DNA of 64,000 nucleotides from assembly GCA_963805855.1 (NCBI GenBank), contig CAWDVW010000005.1, positions 512,001 through 576,000 of the forward strand, given 5' to 3'. Below the pieces are notes generated by a model. That model worked only from the letters and a program-made list of their open reading frames with translations. It was not told the DNA's origin and did not search any database. This DNA is from Candidatus Dadabacteria bacterium (GTDB lineage Bacteria; Desulfobacterota_D; UBA1144; Nemesobacterales; CSP1-2). This document shows, one piece after another, positions 29,711-39,502 of the stretch (the first letter of the stretch is position 1; the number at the start of each line of letters is the position of its first letter). Made by a program: the position numbers and the translations under genes.

Positions 29711-32700
29711 CTATCCGATCCTCAAGGTACCTTTACCAAACAGCCCCTCGACATCTTCAATAAATTTATCCTGAATTTCAACCCTGGACTCGCCTATTTC
29801 AACGACGGCTTCTCCTAAGCTTGTTTCAAAATGAAGATGTACCAACGATACGCCTGGATAGTATTTAATTACTTCCATTAGCCTTTGAAGATCATCTCTC
29901 TTAACACTATCCCTTAGCCTGATATGAACTTTAGAATTGTTTCTAGCCTCTTTAAGTGATAATATGTTAGTCGCTCTGATTCTTACCCTTTCTTCAGCCG
30001 TTTCTAACCTCCCCGTTACAATTATGGGCTCTACTTTTTCTTCTAGCAAAGGGAGTGATTTTCTTAGTAGGTCATTGAATATCAAAACTTCCACCGATCC
30101 CTTCATATCTTCGAGTACCAGATTCCCAAAAATCCCAGATCCATTTTTTGTGTGCTTTACTGTCATTGATCGTACGACCCCCGCTATAATAACCTCGCTC
30201 CTTTCCTTTATTTGACATATATGCTCCGTATCAATATTCGAGGTATATCCTTCTATCTCAGACACGTACTTTGCCATTGGGTGATTAGTGACGTAAAACC
30301 CCAGCACTTCCATTTCATTTTTTAGTATCTCTCTTTCATTCCATTCTTCAACCTCCGGTAATCTGGGCTGGGAAAGAGATTCATTCATCGTGAAAAGGGC
30401 ATTCTGCCCCTCAGGCGAACATCTCTGTCTCATTGATGTGTAAGTCAAGAGTGTATCTACCGAGTCCATGAGTTGGGCTCGATGACTTCCCAATGAATCA
30501 AAAGCACCGCTCTTTATCAGGCTCTCAATTGTCCTTCTATTTACTTTTCTCGAACTCACCCTTTCACAGAAATCAAATACTGAATTAAATTTCCCACCCT
30601 CGTTTCTCGATTCTATAATTGCATCAACCGTTGACTGACCAACATGCTTAATCGCCGAAAGGCCAAACCTTATTTTTCCCCCCTGAGCTGTAAATCCCGA
30701 CACGCTTTCGTTGACATCGGGAGGGAGAACCTCAATCCCCATTTCCCTGCATTCAGCAATGCTTGATATAACTTTATCGGTGTTTCCCGATTCGGCAGAT
30801 AGCAATGCAGCCATAAATTCAGCTGGGAAGTGAGTCTTCAGGTAAGCGGTTTGATATGTTAATAATGCATAAGCTGTACTATGACTCTTGTTGAACGAAT
30901 AATCGGCGAATTTTTCCATCGTGTCAAATATCTCTTTGGCCTTTTTATGGCTTATCCCCTTTTTCTTTGCCCCACTAAGAAACCTCTGTCTCTGAGCCTT
31001 CATCTCAGCCGACTTCTTTTTTCCCATAGCGCGCCTGAGAAGATCCGCTTCACCAAGACTGTAGTCAGCTACCAAGCTGGCCGTCTTCATTATCTGCTCT
31101 TGGTAAACAAAAAGTCCATCTGTGTCCTTTAAAATTCCTTCCAGCTCAGGAAGAGGATACTCGGTATCCTTCTTCCCGTGTTTTCGTTTTATGAATTCGT
31201 CTACCATACCGCTGTCCAGCGGTCCGGGGCGATAAAGCGCGAGCACAGCAATGATATCTTCAAAATTCGTTGCTTGAAGCCTTTGAAGAAGCTCTTTCAT
31301 GCCAGATGACTCAATCTGGAAAATTCCTCTCGTATAATTGCTTGAAAGAAGTTTAAAAACATCGGGATCGTCTAAAGGAATTTTTGAGATGTCAAAATCA
31401 AGCCCATTTGAGGAATTTCGACCCTCTCTTATTAAATTTATGGTTCCATCTATTACTGTTAGAGTCTTTAATCCTAAGAAATCAAATTTCACAAATCCCA
31501 TTTGCTCAATCGAATTCATATCATACTGAGTTACAACTTCATTGTTTGATCCCCGATAAAGCGGAATATAATCGGCAAGCGGTTCACTAGATATCACAAC
31601 ACCAGCTGCATGTGTGGAAGAGTGCCTCACCATATTCTCGAGAGGTCTAGCGAGTTCAACCAATTCTTTAAGCGCCGGTAATTTTTCAAGCAGGCTTCTT
31701 ATTTGAGGGACTTGAGCGATCGAGTCGTCAATGCTAAAGACCTTTCCCCTGAATGAAGGGATGAGTTTGGTAAACTTGTCAACGTCCGCATAGGGAATTC
31801 CAAGAACTCTACCAACGTCTTTTATTACAGCCTTTGCAGACATTGTCCCAAAAGTACCGATCTGAGCAACCTTATCGGACCCGTATTTCCGGGTAACATA
31901 CGCTATAACTTCATCTCTTCGATCTCCGCAAAAATCAACGTCAATGTCGGGCATACTAACTCTCTCGGGATTAAGAAATCTTTCAAAAATGAGATTGTAT
32001 GGTATCGGATCAATTTCAGTAATGCCGAGCGCATAGGCAACCAGGCTACCAGCGGCACTTCCTCTCCCCGGTCCAACTGGTATACCGTGTGTCTTCGCAA
32101 AATCAATAAAATCTGCAACAACCAGCAAATAACCGGAAAACCCCATATCCTTCAAGGTACTGATTTCACTCTCAAGACGCTCTCTGTAGAAGGGAAACAT
32201 GTTCGAGGGGATGTGATTTTCTTTTAATCTTTCCTCGAGCCTCTCCCTAGCTAGCCCAGCTAAATATTCATCGTGCGAACTCCCATCTTCTAGCTCGAAC
32301 ACGGGCAACTTATAACCATCGGTTTCAAATTCAAAATTGCACCGCTCGGCAACCTCCAATGTTTTCTCGATTCCCTCTTCATATCCCCTGAGACATTCAA
32401 GCATTTCCTCGTGAGACTTAACATAGTATTCATCGCCTTGAAACCTAAACCTATTTTTATCCGCCAATGTCGTACCGGTCTGTATGCATAAAAGAGCATC
32501 ATGTGGTTTAGAATCCTCCCGCCTTAAAAAGTGACAATCGTTAGTAGCAACAATTGGTATTTTAAGCTTCTTACCTAGCTCTTTGACCTTTTCATTAACG
32601 AGTTCTTGGTCTCGAAGTCCATTTGCCTGAATCTCGAGGTAGTATCGATCCGCAAATATCTCCTTGTATTTTGCAGCAATGCTCAATGATTCTTTCATAT

Positions 32701-33148
32701 TATTATTAAGAATGCTCCTGGCAACCTCACCATTAAGACAGCCGCTCAGTACAATGAGCCCTTCACTGTGTTTTTCTAGAAGCTCATGATCTATTCTTGG
32801 CTTCCTGTAAAATCCTTCAAAATATGCCTTGGTGACTAGATTAGATAAATTTTTGTAGCCCTGCTGATTCATTGAAAGAAGAATGAGATGATTGTTTCTC
32901 TCACGGTTTTTACTATCCGATTTTAACTTCGGAGTAATGTACACTTCACAACCTATAATGGGCTTAATCGAAAACTGTTTGGCCTTTTTATAAAAATCAA
33001 AAGCCCCAAAGAGATTCCCATGGTCGGTGAGCGCCACTGAATTCATCCCTAATTCATGTAACTTAGAGAAAAGTTCTTCAAATTTTATTGCGCCATCGAG
33101 GAGGGAATATTGAGAGTGTAGATGAAGGTGAACAAAACCCTGTGCCAT
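29711..33148 (-). CDS. dnaE: DNA polymerase III subunit alpha
   Basis: FVHLHLHSQYSLLDG, GPGRGSAAGS, FERFLNPERVSMPDIDVDF, KFDFLGL and FNKSHS motifs. Confidence 0.98.
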   Translation of the reverse strand: MAQGFVHLHLHSQYSLLDGAIKFEELFSKLHELGMNSVALTDHGNLFGAFDFYKKAKQFSIKPIIGCEVYITPKLKSDSKNRERNNHLILLSMNQQGYKNLSNLVTKAYFEGFYRKPRIDHELLEKHSEGLIVLSGCLNGEVARSILNNNMKESLSIAAKYKEIFADRYYLEIQANGLRDQELVNEKVKELGKKLKIPIVATNDCHFLRREDSKPHDALLCIQTGTTLADKNRFRFQGDEYYVKSHEEMLECLRGYEEGIEKTLEVAERCNFEFETDGYKLPVFELEDGSSHDEYLAGLARERLEERLKENHIPSNMFPFYRERLESEISTLKDMGFSGYLLVVADFIDFAKTHGIPVGPGRGSAAGSLVAYALGITEIDPIPYNLIFERFLNPERVSMPDIDVDFCGDRRDEVIAYVTRKYGSDKVAQIGTFGTMSAKAVIKDVGRVLGIPYADVDKFTKLIPSFRGKVFSIDDSIAQVPQIRSLLEKLPALKELVELARPLENMVRHSSTHAAGVVISSEPLADYIPLYRGSNNEVVTQYDMNSIEQMGFVKFDFLGLKTLTVIDGTINLIREGRNSSNGLDFDISKIPLDDPDVFKLLSSNYTRGIFQIESSGMKELLQRLQATNFEDIIAVLALYRPGPLDSGMVDEFIKRKHGKKDTEYPLPELEGILKDTDGLFVYQEQIMKTASLVADYSLGEADLLRRAMGKKKSAEMKAQRQRFLSGAKKKGISHKKAKEIFDTMEKFADYSFNKSHSTAYALLTYQTAYLKTHFPAEFMAALLSAESGNTDKVISSIAECREMGIEVLPPDVNESVSGFTAQGGKIRFGLSAIKHVGQSTVDAIIESRNEGGKFNSVFDFCERVSSRKVNRRTIESLIKSGAFDSLGSHRAQLMDSVDTLLTYTSMRQRCSPEGQNALFTMNESLSQPRLPEVEEWNEREILKNEMEVLGFYVTNHPMAKYVSEIEGYTSNIDTEHICQIKERSEVIIAGVVRSMTVKHTKNGSGIFGNLVLEDMKGSVEVLIFNDLLRKSLPLLEEKVEPIIVTGRLETAEERVRIRATNILSLKEARNNSKVHIRLRDSVKRDDLQRLMEVIKYYPGVSLVHLHFETSLGEAVVEIGESRVEIQDKFIEDVEGLFGKGTLRIG

Positions 33149-33522
33149 TTACAACCTATTATATATCAGGAATTTTGATCTCTGCAAGTTTTAAAATATA
33201 ATGCAATGATGTTGGAGTGTTAGATCATAGGGACGCCAAATAACATATCAAGAGGCCTTCGTTTTGCCAATCCAGGTTGCACACCGATCACTATATGATA
33301 TCCCCGACATTTACCTAGGATAAAAACTCTGAAATCTCCGATGAGGATTGTGTGTAAAACGTCTTAATTGGAAAAAACGCAAAACTTCATGATCAAACCC
33401 GGGATTAAGGTTTTCCACAAATCAATGGTATCATATAATTTATAGAAGGAATGTAATAATAATCTAATTCTTATTTAAATAACACTTAGAGCTACTAGAT
33501 TCTGTAATACCGCTGTAAAGTT

Positions 33523-34932
33523 ATGGAAAAATTAATCCCCCTTTTAAATGATTTTTACACCAACTTCCACGAACCATTATGGATTGTCATATTGTTCGGG
33601 GGCATTGTAATTATTTCATTAATTCTGGCCTATTTATTCGAAGAAAAGCCGGAACCCGAAAAAGCGCGTTCCTTGCCCGAGGAAATGCCTAGACATGACG
33701 TGTCACCGTTTACATCAGCCGTTGAACTCCTTGAAGATATTCCTCATGAAGAAAGAGCAGAAGTTAAACATACTGAGACCGATCGCATCTCAGATAAATC
33801 GGTACGGCAAGAGATACTAGAGCAAACGCTACCCGATGAATCTACTCAAGTTACCCAAGAACCGGACGTGGAAGAAGAGCTCAGGTTGAAGCCGGAAGTC
33901 GTTAGCGACGAAGGCCGCTATGCATTTGAAAAAACAATAGTCGATACGGAAGAATCGTATGAAGTTGCGGAAAAAAGGGTTGAGGAAGTGCCTGAAACTA
34001 AGGAAAGCCTCTTTTCAAGGCTAAGGTCGGGGCTTTCAAAAACTCAAGTTGGCCTGGTTGGCAAATTAGATGAAATATTGTCAAGTGGGGAAATAAATGA
34101 GGATCTGTGGGATGAATTTGAGGAGGCACTGATTACGGCGGATCTTGGAGTTGGTACAACGTTGAAGCTAAGGCAACGGATTGAAGAAAAGCTGTCGAAG
34201 AAATCGCTGAGGGACCCAAAAGCCATAATGAACACCCTTAAACAGGAATGTTTGGAAATACTGAAAAAGGCCGAGGGTAAACCCATTAAAATTGAATCAA
34301 AACCATTTGTAATAATTATCGCTGGAGTGAACGGAGTGGGAAAAACAACCACAATCGGGAAAATTGCGTACAAATTCAGTAACGAGGGCAAAAGCGTAAT
34401 GGTTGCTGCGGCAGACACATTTAGGGCCGCTGCTGTTGAGCAACTTGAAATTTGGGCGAAGAGGGTCGGCAGCGACTTCTTAAGAGGTCAGAGCGGTTCA
34501 GACCCGTCGGCCGTCGCATTTGACGCACTCAAAGCATCCCAGGCAAGAGAAACTGATATCCTCATTGTTGACACGGCAGGAAGATTACACACAAGGACAA
34601 ATCTAATGGAAGAACTTAAAAAGTTGAGAAGGATTATATCACGTGAACTAGATGGAGCTCCCAACGAAACTTTACTGGTCCTTGACGCGACAACAGGACA
34701 AAACGCAATTCAGCAGGCGAAAATGTTTAATGAAGCAATCGACATCACCGGCATCATCCTCACTAAGTTGGACGGTACTGCGAAGGGGGGCGTGATTTTG
34801 GCTATTGCCGATGAGTTAAATGTCCCCGTTAAATTCATAGGTATCGGTGAGAGCCTGGGAGACCTAAGAGAATTTAACGCCGAAGAATTCGTAGAGGCTT
34901 TATTCGTGACTGGTGAGGAAACCATACATTAG
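33523..34932 (+). CDS. ftsY: SRP receptor FtsY with N-terminal hydrophobic segment and acidic linker
   Basis: GVNGVGKTTT, DTFRAAA, DTAGR and TKLDGTAKGG motifs. Confidence 0.97.
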   Translation: MEKLIPLLNDFYTNFHEPLWIVILFGGIVIISLILAYLFEEKPEPEKARSLPEEMPRHDVSPFTSAVELLEDIPHEERAEVKHTETDRISDKSVRQEILEQTLPDESTQVTQEPDVEEELRLKPEVVSDEGRYAFEKTIVDTEESYEVAEKRVEEVPETKESLFSRLRSGLSKTQVGLVGKLDEILSSGEINEDLWDEFEEALITADLGVGTTLKLRQRIEEKLSKKSLRDPKAIMNTLKQECLEILKKAEGKPIKIESKPFVIIIAGVNGVGKTTTIGKIAYKFSNEGKSVMVAAADTFRAAAVEQLEIWAKRVGSDFLRGQSGSDPSAVAFDALKASQARETDILIVDTAGRLHTRTNLMEELKKLRRIISRELDGAPNETLLVLDATTGQNAIQQAKMFNEAIDITGIILTKLDGTAKGGVILAIADELNVPVKFIGIGESLGDLREFNAEEFVEALFVTGEETIH

Positions 34933-34989
34933 AATTTCCGTGATAACTTGACCTTCACCAATAATTATCGGGTTTCTCAATAAAGATAT

Positions 34990-36096
34990 ATGCTCAAGGA
35001 CTCAGATACTAAATATATGTCTCGTGCAATCAGTCTTGCGACGAGAGCCGAGGGAATGACCAGTCCAAACCCCCTTGTGGGAGCCGTACTGGTTAAACAA
35101 GGAAGAATCATCGGCAAGGGATATCACAAAAGAGCGGGGCTTCCTCACGCAGAGGTAGAAGCCATATTCGATGCTGAAAACCAGGGAAACTCTGTCAATG
35201 GCTCGACCCTCTATGTGACACTGGAGCCATGTTGCCACACAGATAAAAGGACACCGCGATGCGTTGATTCAATTATAAAGAAGGGCATATCAAATGTTGT
35301 CGTCGGAACCCTCGATCCGAATCCTAAGGTTTCGGGAAACGGAATAGAACTCCTAAGGCAAAGGGGTGTAAATGTAAGGGTAGGTTTGGGTGAGGAGGCG
35401 TGTAAGATCGTAAACGAGGCATTCTTTAAGTACATAAAGTGTGGTATTCCCTTTACGACCCTTAAACTCGCCTGCACCCTTGATGGCAAGATAGCAACCA
35501 TGACCGGGGATGCGAAGTGGATAGGTAGCGAAAGTCAAAGAAACTTTGCACACAGGCTGAGGAAAAAAGTCGACGCTATTCTGGTAGGCATAGAAACCGT
35601 TCTACATGACGATCCCGAGCTTACGGTCAGGTTGAGGAAGAAGGCTAAAGATCAACCCATGCCGATAGTACTTGACTCCAGGCTCAGAATCCCAATCGAG
35701 TCGCGATTGCTTAAGATTCATAACTCACCTTTAATAATTACGACAAATAAAGCAGACCTAGAAAAGAAAAATAATCTGGAACATATGGGGTCAAGAGTCC
35801 TAATTTGTGATAGCGATAAAAATGGAAAAATAGATTTACCCAGTTTATTCAAGAAGCTTGGAGAACTGGAGATAACAAGCGTTCTAATAGAAGGGGGGAG
35901 CAGAGTGGCGGCTTCGGCGCTGAGTCAAAGAGTGGTTGACAAGCTTGTTCTTTTCTATGCTCCTAAAATTATTGGAGCGGAGGGTGTCAGTATGGTAGGA
36001 GACCTCAATATTCTAAAAGTCAAAGAAGCCCTCGCAATCAGAGGTTTAAAGGTTAAGGTTTTCGGAGAGGAACTAATGATCGAAGGTTATACATAA
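34990..36096 (+). CDS. ribD: Riboflavin biosynthesis deaminase/reductase
   Basis: PNPLVGA, HAE, TLEPCCH, TLDGKIA and IEGG motifs. Confidence 0.96.
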   Translation: MLKDSDTKYMSRAISLATRAEGMTSPNPLVGAVLVKQGRIIGKGYHKRAGLPHAEVEAIFDAENQGNSVNGSTLYVTLEPCCHTDKRTPRCVDSIIKKGISNVVVGTLDPNPKVSGNGIELLRQRGVNVRVGLGEEACKIVNEAFFKYIKCGIPFTTLKLACTLDGKIATMTGDAKWIGSESQRNFAHRLRKKVDAILVGIETVLHDDPELTVRLRKKAKDQPMPIVLDSRLRIPIESRLLKIHNSPLIITTNKADLEKKNNLEHMGSRVLICDSDKNGKIDLPSLFKKLGELEITSVLIEGGSRVAASALSQRVVDKLVLFYAPKIIGAEGVSMVGDLNILKVKEALAIRGLKVKVFGEELMIEGYT

Positions 36097-36270
36097 GCAA
36101 CCATCTGTAAGAAGATGGAAATAATGATTATTACTCTTCTATTACCATGCGCTCAGCCCAAAATATCAATACCCCTCATAGAATTTTAAAATTTGATAAT
36201 CGATCATCACTAATAGGGCATAAAATTATACTCCTCCCAAATATAGATATTATAATAAGAGAATTAAGGA

Positions 36271-36951
36271 ATGAATGAAGATCGACTCACAAAGATAGGG
36301 CTCTTCGGTGGAACATTCGATCCTATCCATTTTGGTCACCTGAGGGCGGCCGAAGAGATCAGAGAAATACTGGATCTTGAGAAAATCTATTTCGTTCCAA
36401 CTTCTGTGCCCCCTCATAAGACCAGTCCAGGCATGGCTTCACCCCACCACCGTCTGAAAATGCTTGAGCTCGCACTGAATGATAACAATTTTTTTAGTAT
36501 TTCGGACATAGAAATAAAACGAGGCGGAAAATCCTATACGATCGATACGCTGCGATATTTTTCCGATACATTTCCACTGTTTGACTTATATTTTATAGCC
36601 GGATCCGATCTATTTTCTGAAATAGATAGCTGGAAGGATTACAAGAAAATATTCAGGGCATCGAATTTTGCCGTAATAGAGAGGCCTGGATTTGGTTTTG
36701 AATTGCCCGGCACGCTTCCACTTGAAATTAAGGATGATTTTCGATATTATAAGCGCTATAATAATTTGACTCTTTACATAAATAAAAACTCCAGGATTTT
36801 GAGTCTCGTTAAAATAGACGGATTAGAAATATCGTCGACAAAGATACGAGAACTGGTCGAAAAATCCAAATCCATAAAATATCTTGTCCCATCGAGTGTT
36901 GAAGCCTATATAATAGAGCATGGTATCTACAAGAAGGAGGCTGCTAAATAG
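36271..36951 (+). CDS. nadD: Nicotinate-nucleotide adenylyltransferase
   Basis: GGTFDPIHFGH, SYTIDTL and ISSTKIR motifs. Confidence 0.96.
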   Translation: MNEDRLTKIGLFGGTFDPIHFGHLRAAEEIREILDLEKIYFVPTSVPPHKTSPGMASPHHRLKMLELALNDNNFFSISDIEIKRGGKSYTIDTLRYFSDTFPLFDLYFIAGSDLFSEIDSWKDYKKIFRASNFAVIERPGFGFELPGTLPLEIKDDFRYYKRYNNLTLYINKNSRILSLVKIDGLEISSTKIRELVEKSKSIKYLVPSSVEAYIIEHGIYKKEAAK

Positions 36952-37337
36952 AATCTAAAGATAAGGCATTAGTTATTGCACGCGCCGCCTGGGAAAAAAA
37001 GGCGCAAGATATAAAACTGATAGAGATGAAGGCGCTTAGCAACATTACAGATTATTTTATCATCTGTAGTGCCAACTCGGATAGAGGAGTAAAAACGATT
37101 GTTGACCATATTGAAAGAAAACTAAATGAGCTCGGACAAAGGGTTATTGGTATTGAAGGATACACGGAAGGCAAATGGGTCCTGATTGATGCTGTGGATG
37201 TGGTGGTCCATGTGTTCTATGAACCGTTAAGGAAATTTTACGATTTAGAGGGACTGTGGATTGACTCGCCTCGTATAGGGATTCCGTTTGTCGAGGAATT
37301 CCCAATCGCAGCCGAAGACCTGGGAGAGTTGGCTTAG
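36948..37337 (+). CDS. rsfS: Ribosome silencing factor (probable ATA start)
   Basis: EKKAQDI (upstream of the track's ATG), TDYFIICS, WVLID, VVHVF and YDLEGLW motifs; follows nadD. Confidence 0.92.
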   Translation: MESKDKALVIARAAWEKKAQDIKLIEMKALSNITDYFIICSANSDRGVKTIVDHIERKLNELGQRVIGIEGYTEGKWVLIDAVDVVVHVFYEPLRKFYDLEGLWIDSPRIGIPFVEEFPIAAEDLGELA

Positions 37338-37416
37338 ACTTATGATTGGTCGGATATGGTCGCTTTCTTCTGTTCTTACAATTTTTATAATCTCTCTTAA
37401 AGCAATCCGTAATCGT

Positions 37417-37917
37417 TCAAGCAAAAACCTCATCTAGCCCACCGGTCTTAACATCATAGACGAATCCCCTAACGGGAATATCTATGGGCACCCATGGATG
37501 AGATTTTACCTTTTGAATCTGTTGTCGCACATTTTCCCAAACATCGCTGAAAGAATGGAACAAAAGAGGTGCTACAGTTGCTGTACGGGTTTTCTTTAAA
37601 AGATTCTTTCTAAGTTTATCATCGGTAAAGGTAAGCATTCCGCAATCAGTATGATTTATGATCATAAATTCTCTTGTACCAAGAAGATGATGAGAAATTA
37701 TTAATGATCTTATGGCATCTTCGGATACTATTCCTCCAGCATTACGAATTATATGAGCCTCTCCTGTCTTTAATCCTAGCATTTCCTCGATTGTTAGCCT
37801 GGCATCCATACACGCTACAACAGCGAGCATACGAGATGGCGGCATAGGCAGCTTACCAAGCTTAAATCTCCTAGCATAAGCATTATTTTCCTTCAAAGCT
37901 TCATCAATTACACCCAT
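37417..37917 (-). CDS. Beta-class carbonic anhydrase (clade D / COS hydrolase-like)
   Basis: ACMDARL, IRNAGG, HTDCGM and GFVYDVKTG motifs. Start set at ATG 37917 after GGAGG. Confidence 0.92.
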   Translation of the reverse strand: MGVIDEALKENNAYARRFKLGKLPMPPSRMLAVVACMDARLTIEEMLGLKTGEAHIIRNAGGIVSEDAIRSLIISHHLLGTREFMIINHTDCGMLTFTDDKLRKNLLKKTRTATVAPLLFHSFSDVWENVRQQIQKVKSHPWVPIDIPVRGFVYDVKTGGLDEVFA

Positions 37918-37952
37918 TTCTTTATGCCTCCAAATAGCATTACAGAAAACTT

Positions 37953-37968
37953 TGCAATCATGGTGCCA
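37953..37968 (-). promoter_or_regulatory. Sigma54 (-24/-12) promoter for the carbonic anhydrase gene
   Basis: Minus strand reads TGGCAC-CATGA-TTGCA, a consensus match just upstream of the RBS. Confidence 0.75.
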
Positions 37969-38167
37969 ATTGTAACCAGCTGCAATCACTTGATATTTTA
38001 AAGCCCGCTTTTCAATATAATGGTTATGAATTAAACAATTAGTAGTTTTCTATTACAATAACGATGATTTGAGGTGATGTTGGCATTTAAGTAGGCAATA
38101 AAATCCATCCACCACACCATGAAATCCGGAATTTTCGTTTCTTACAATAATTCGCGTTGAGAAAAAC

Positions 38168-38280
38168 CCGATCGCACTGATCCTGAGTCCGATCGAAGGG
38201 TCGAAGTTTGAAAACGCAAAAGGCATACCATCCTTCGACGAGCCTGTGCTGAGTGAGATCGAAGTGCTCAGGATGCTCGG
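38168..38280. repeat. Inverted pair of family A REP-like elements, each with a nested copy
   Basis: ccgatcgcactga[tcctgagtccgatcgaagg]gtcgaagt and ccttcgacga[gcctgtgctgagtgagatcgaagt]gctcaggatg. Confidence 0.7.
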
Positions 38281-38393
38281 ATTAAATTATCGGATAACAC
38301 GAGCCTGAAGCCATAACCGGGCAATGTTATTGCACGACAGCTAATGGATTCTGAGTTTAGGTTTTTATTAAGATAGCCTTCAGGTCAAAAAAC

Positions 38394-39458
38394 TTATTTG
38401 ATACCTCTTCTTCTTACAAAGGCAGGGATTTCAAACTCGTCATCTAGCGATTCTGTAGGCAACTTGGTCACTATTTCACTGACACTCTCTTCCTTTATAC
38501 TCTGTATTCCGGTTGCGATAACCGTAATCTGAACGGCTCCTTTTAATGCCTCATCGAATACAAGTCCGAAAATCAAATTGACGTCTTCATGAGCACGATC
38601 TCTTATATAATTACAGGCATCATTTAGCTCTTCGATACCAAAGTCATGAGATGCTGTTACATTTATTAGAATCCCTCTTGACCCATCTATTGAGATATCT
38701 TCAAGCAGTGGGCTAGTTATTGCTGTTTCAGCCGCAACCCTTGCGCGATTCTCTCCTTCGGCATAGCCAGAGCCCATCAATGCCTTCCCGCCATTTTCAC
38801 CCATTATCGCTTTTACGTCTGCAAAATCTACATTTATATATCCAGTTCCGGTGATTATATCCGAAATACCTCTAACAGCATTGTAGAGCACCTCGTCAGC
38901 TTTCTTGAATGCCTCAATTATGCTTATCTTATGCACAGCCGTAAGCCGGTCATTGGGAATTATGATCAGGGTGTCAACTTCCTTCTCCAAGTTTTCTATT
39001 CCCTCAATTGCCTGTTTGTTTCTCTTAGGACCCTCAAACCCAAATGGCCTTGTAACAACGCCTATAGTGAGTGCACCTTGTTCCTTAGAAGTTTGGGCTA
39101 TAATCGGAGATGCCCCGGTGCCGGTGCCTCCACCCATACCAGCAGTAATAAAAACCATATCGGCTCCTTCCAGCGATTCCGCTAACTTTGCTTGGTCTTC
39201 AAGCGCGGCTTCTCTTCCAAGGACCGGATTACCCCCAGAACCAAGACCCTTTGTAGTTCTTGAACCAATCTGAAGTTTGGCCGACGCTCTTGATTTCTTT
39301 AGATCCTGTGAATCGGTGTTTGTAACGATAAACTCCACCCCCGTCAGGCTTTTATCAATCATTGTATTTACAGCATTTCCCCCCGATCCCCCAACACCGA
39401 CGACCTTTATCCTTGCCTTTTGTTCAGGGCTAATATCCTCGATTTCAAAATTTGCCAT
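38394..39458 (-). CDS. ftsZ: Cell division protein FtsZ
   Basis: GVGGSGGNAV, GMGGGTGTG, NVDFADV motifs and C-terminal EIPAFVRR. Confidence 0.99.
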   Translation of the reverse strand: MANFEIEDISPEQKARIKVVGVGGSGGNAVNTMIDKSLTGVEFIVTNTDSQDLKKSRASAKLQIGSRTTKGLGSGGNPVLGREAALEDQAKLAESLEGADMVFITAGMGGGTGTGASPIIAQTSKEQGALTIGVVTRPFGFEGPKRNKQAIEGIENLEKEVDTLIIIPNDRLTAVHKISIIEAFKKADEVLYNAVRGISDIITGTGYINVDFADVKAIMGENGGKALMGSGYAEGENRARVAAETAITSPLLEDISIDGSRGILINVTASHDFGIEELNDACNYIRDRAHEDVNLIFGLVFDEALKGAVQITVIATGIQSIKEESVSEIVTKLPTESLDDEFEIPAFVRRRGIK

Positions 39459-39502
39459 TAATTAATCCTCCTTAACTCGAGCACTGCTCTTCACATTTTA
39501 AC

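Noticed and set aside
31110-31130. DnaE DTDG in place of the usual (E/D)TYG
   Set aside because: A single-base difference that could be a variant or an error; the reading frame is intact and no intein is evident.
33150-33520. Possible small gene between dnaE and ftsY
   Set aside because: The open stretch on the minus strand lacks a start with an RBS and any recognisable motif; it is treated as a divergent promoter region.
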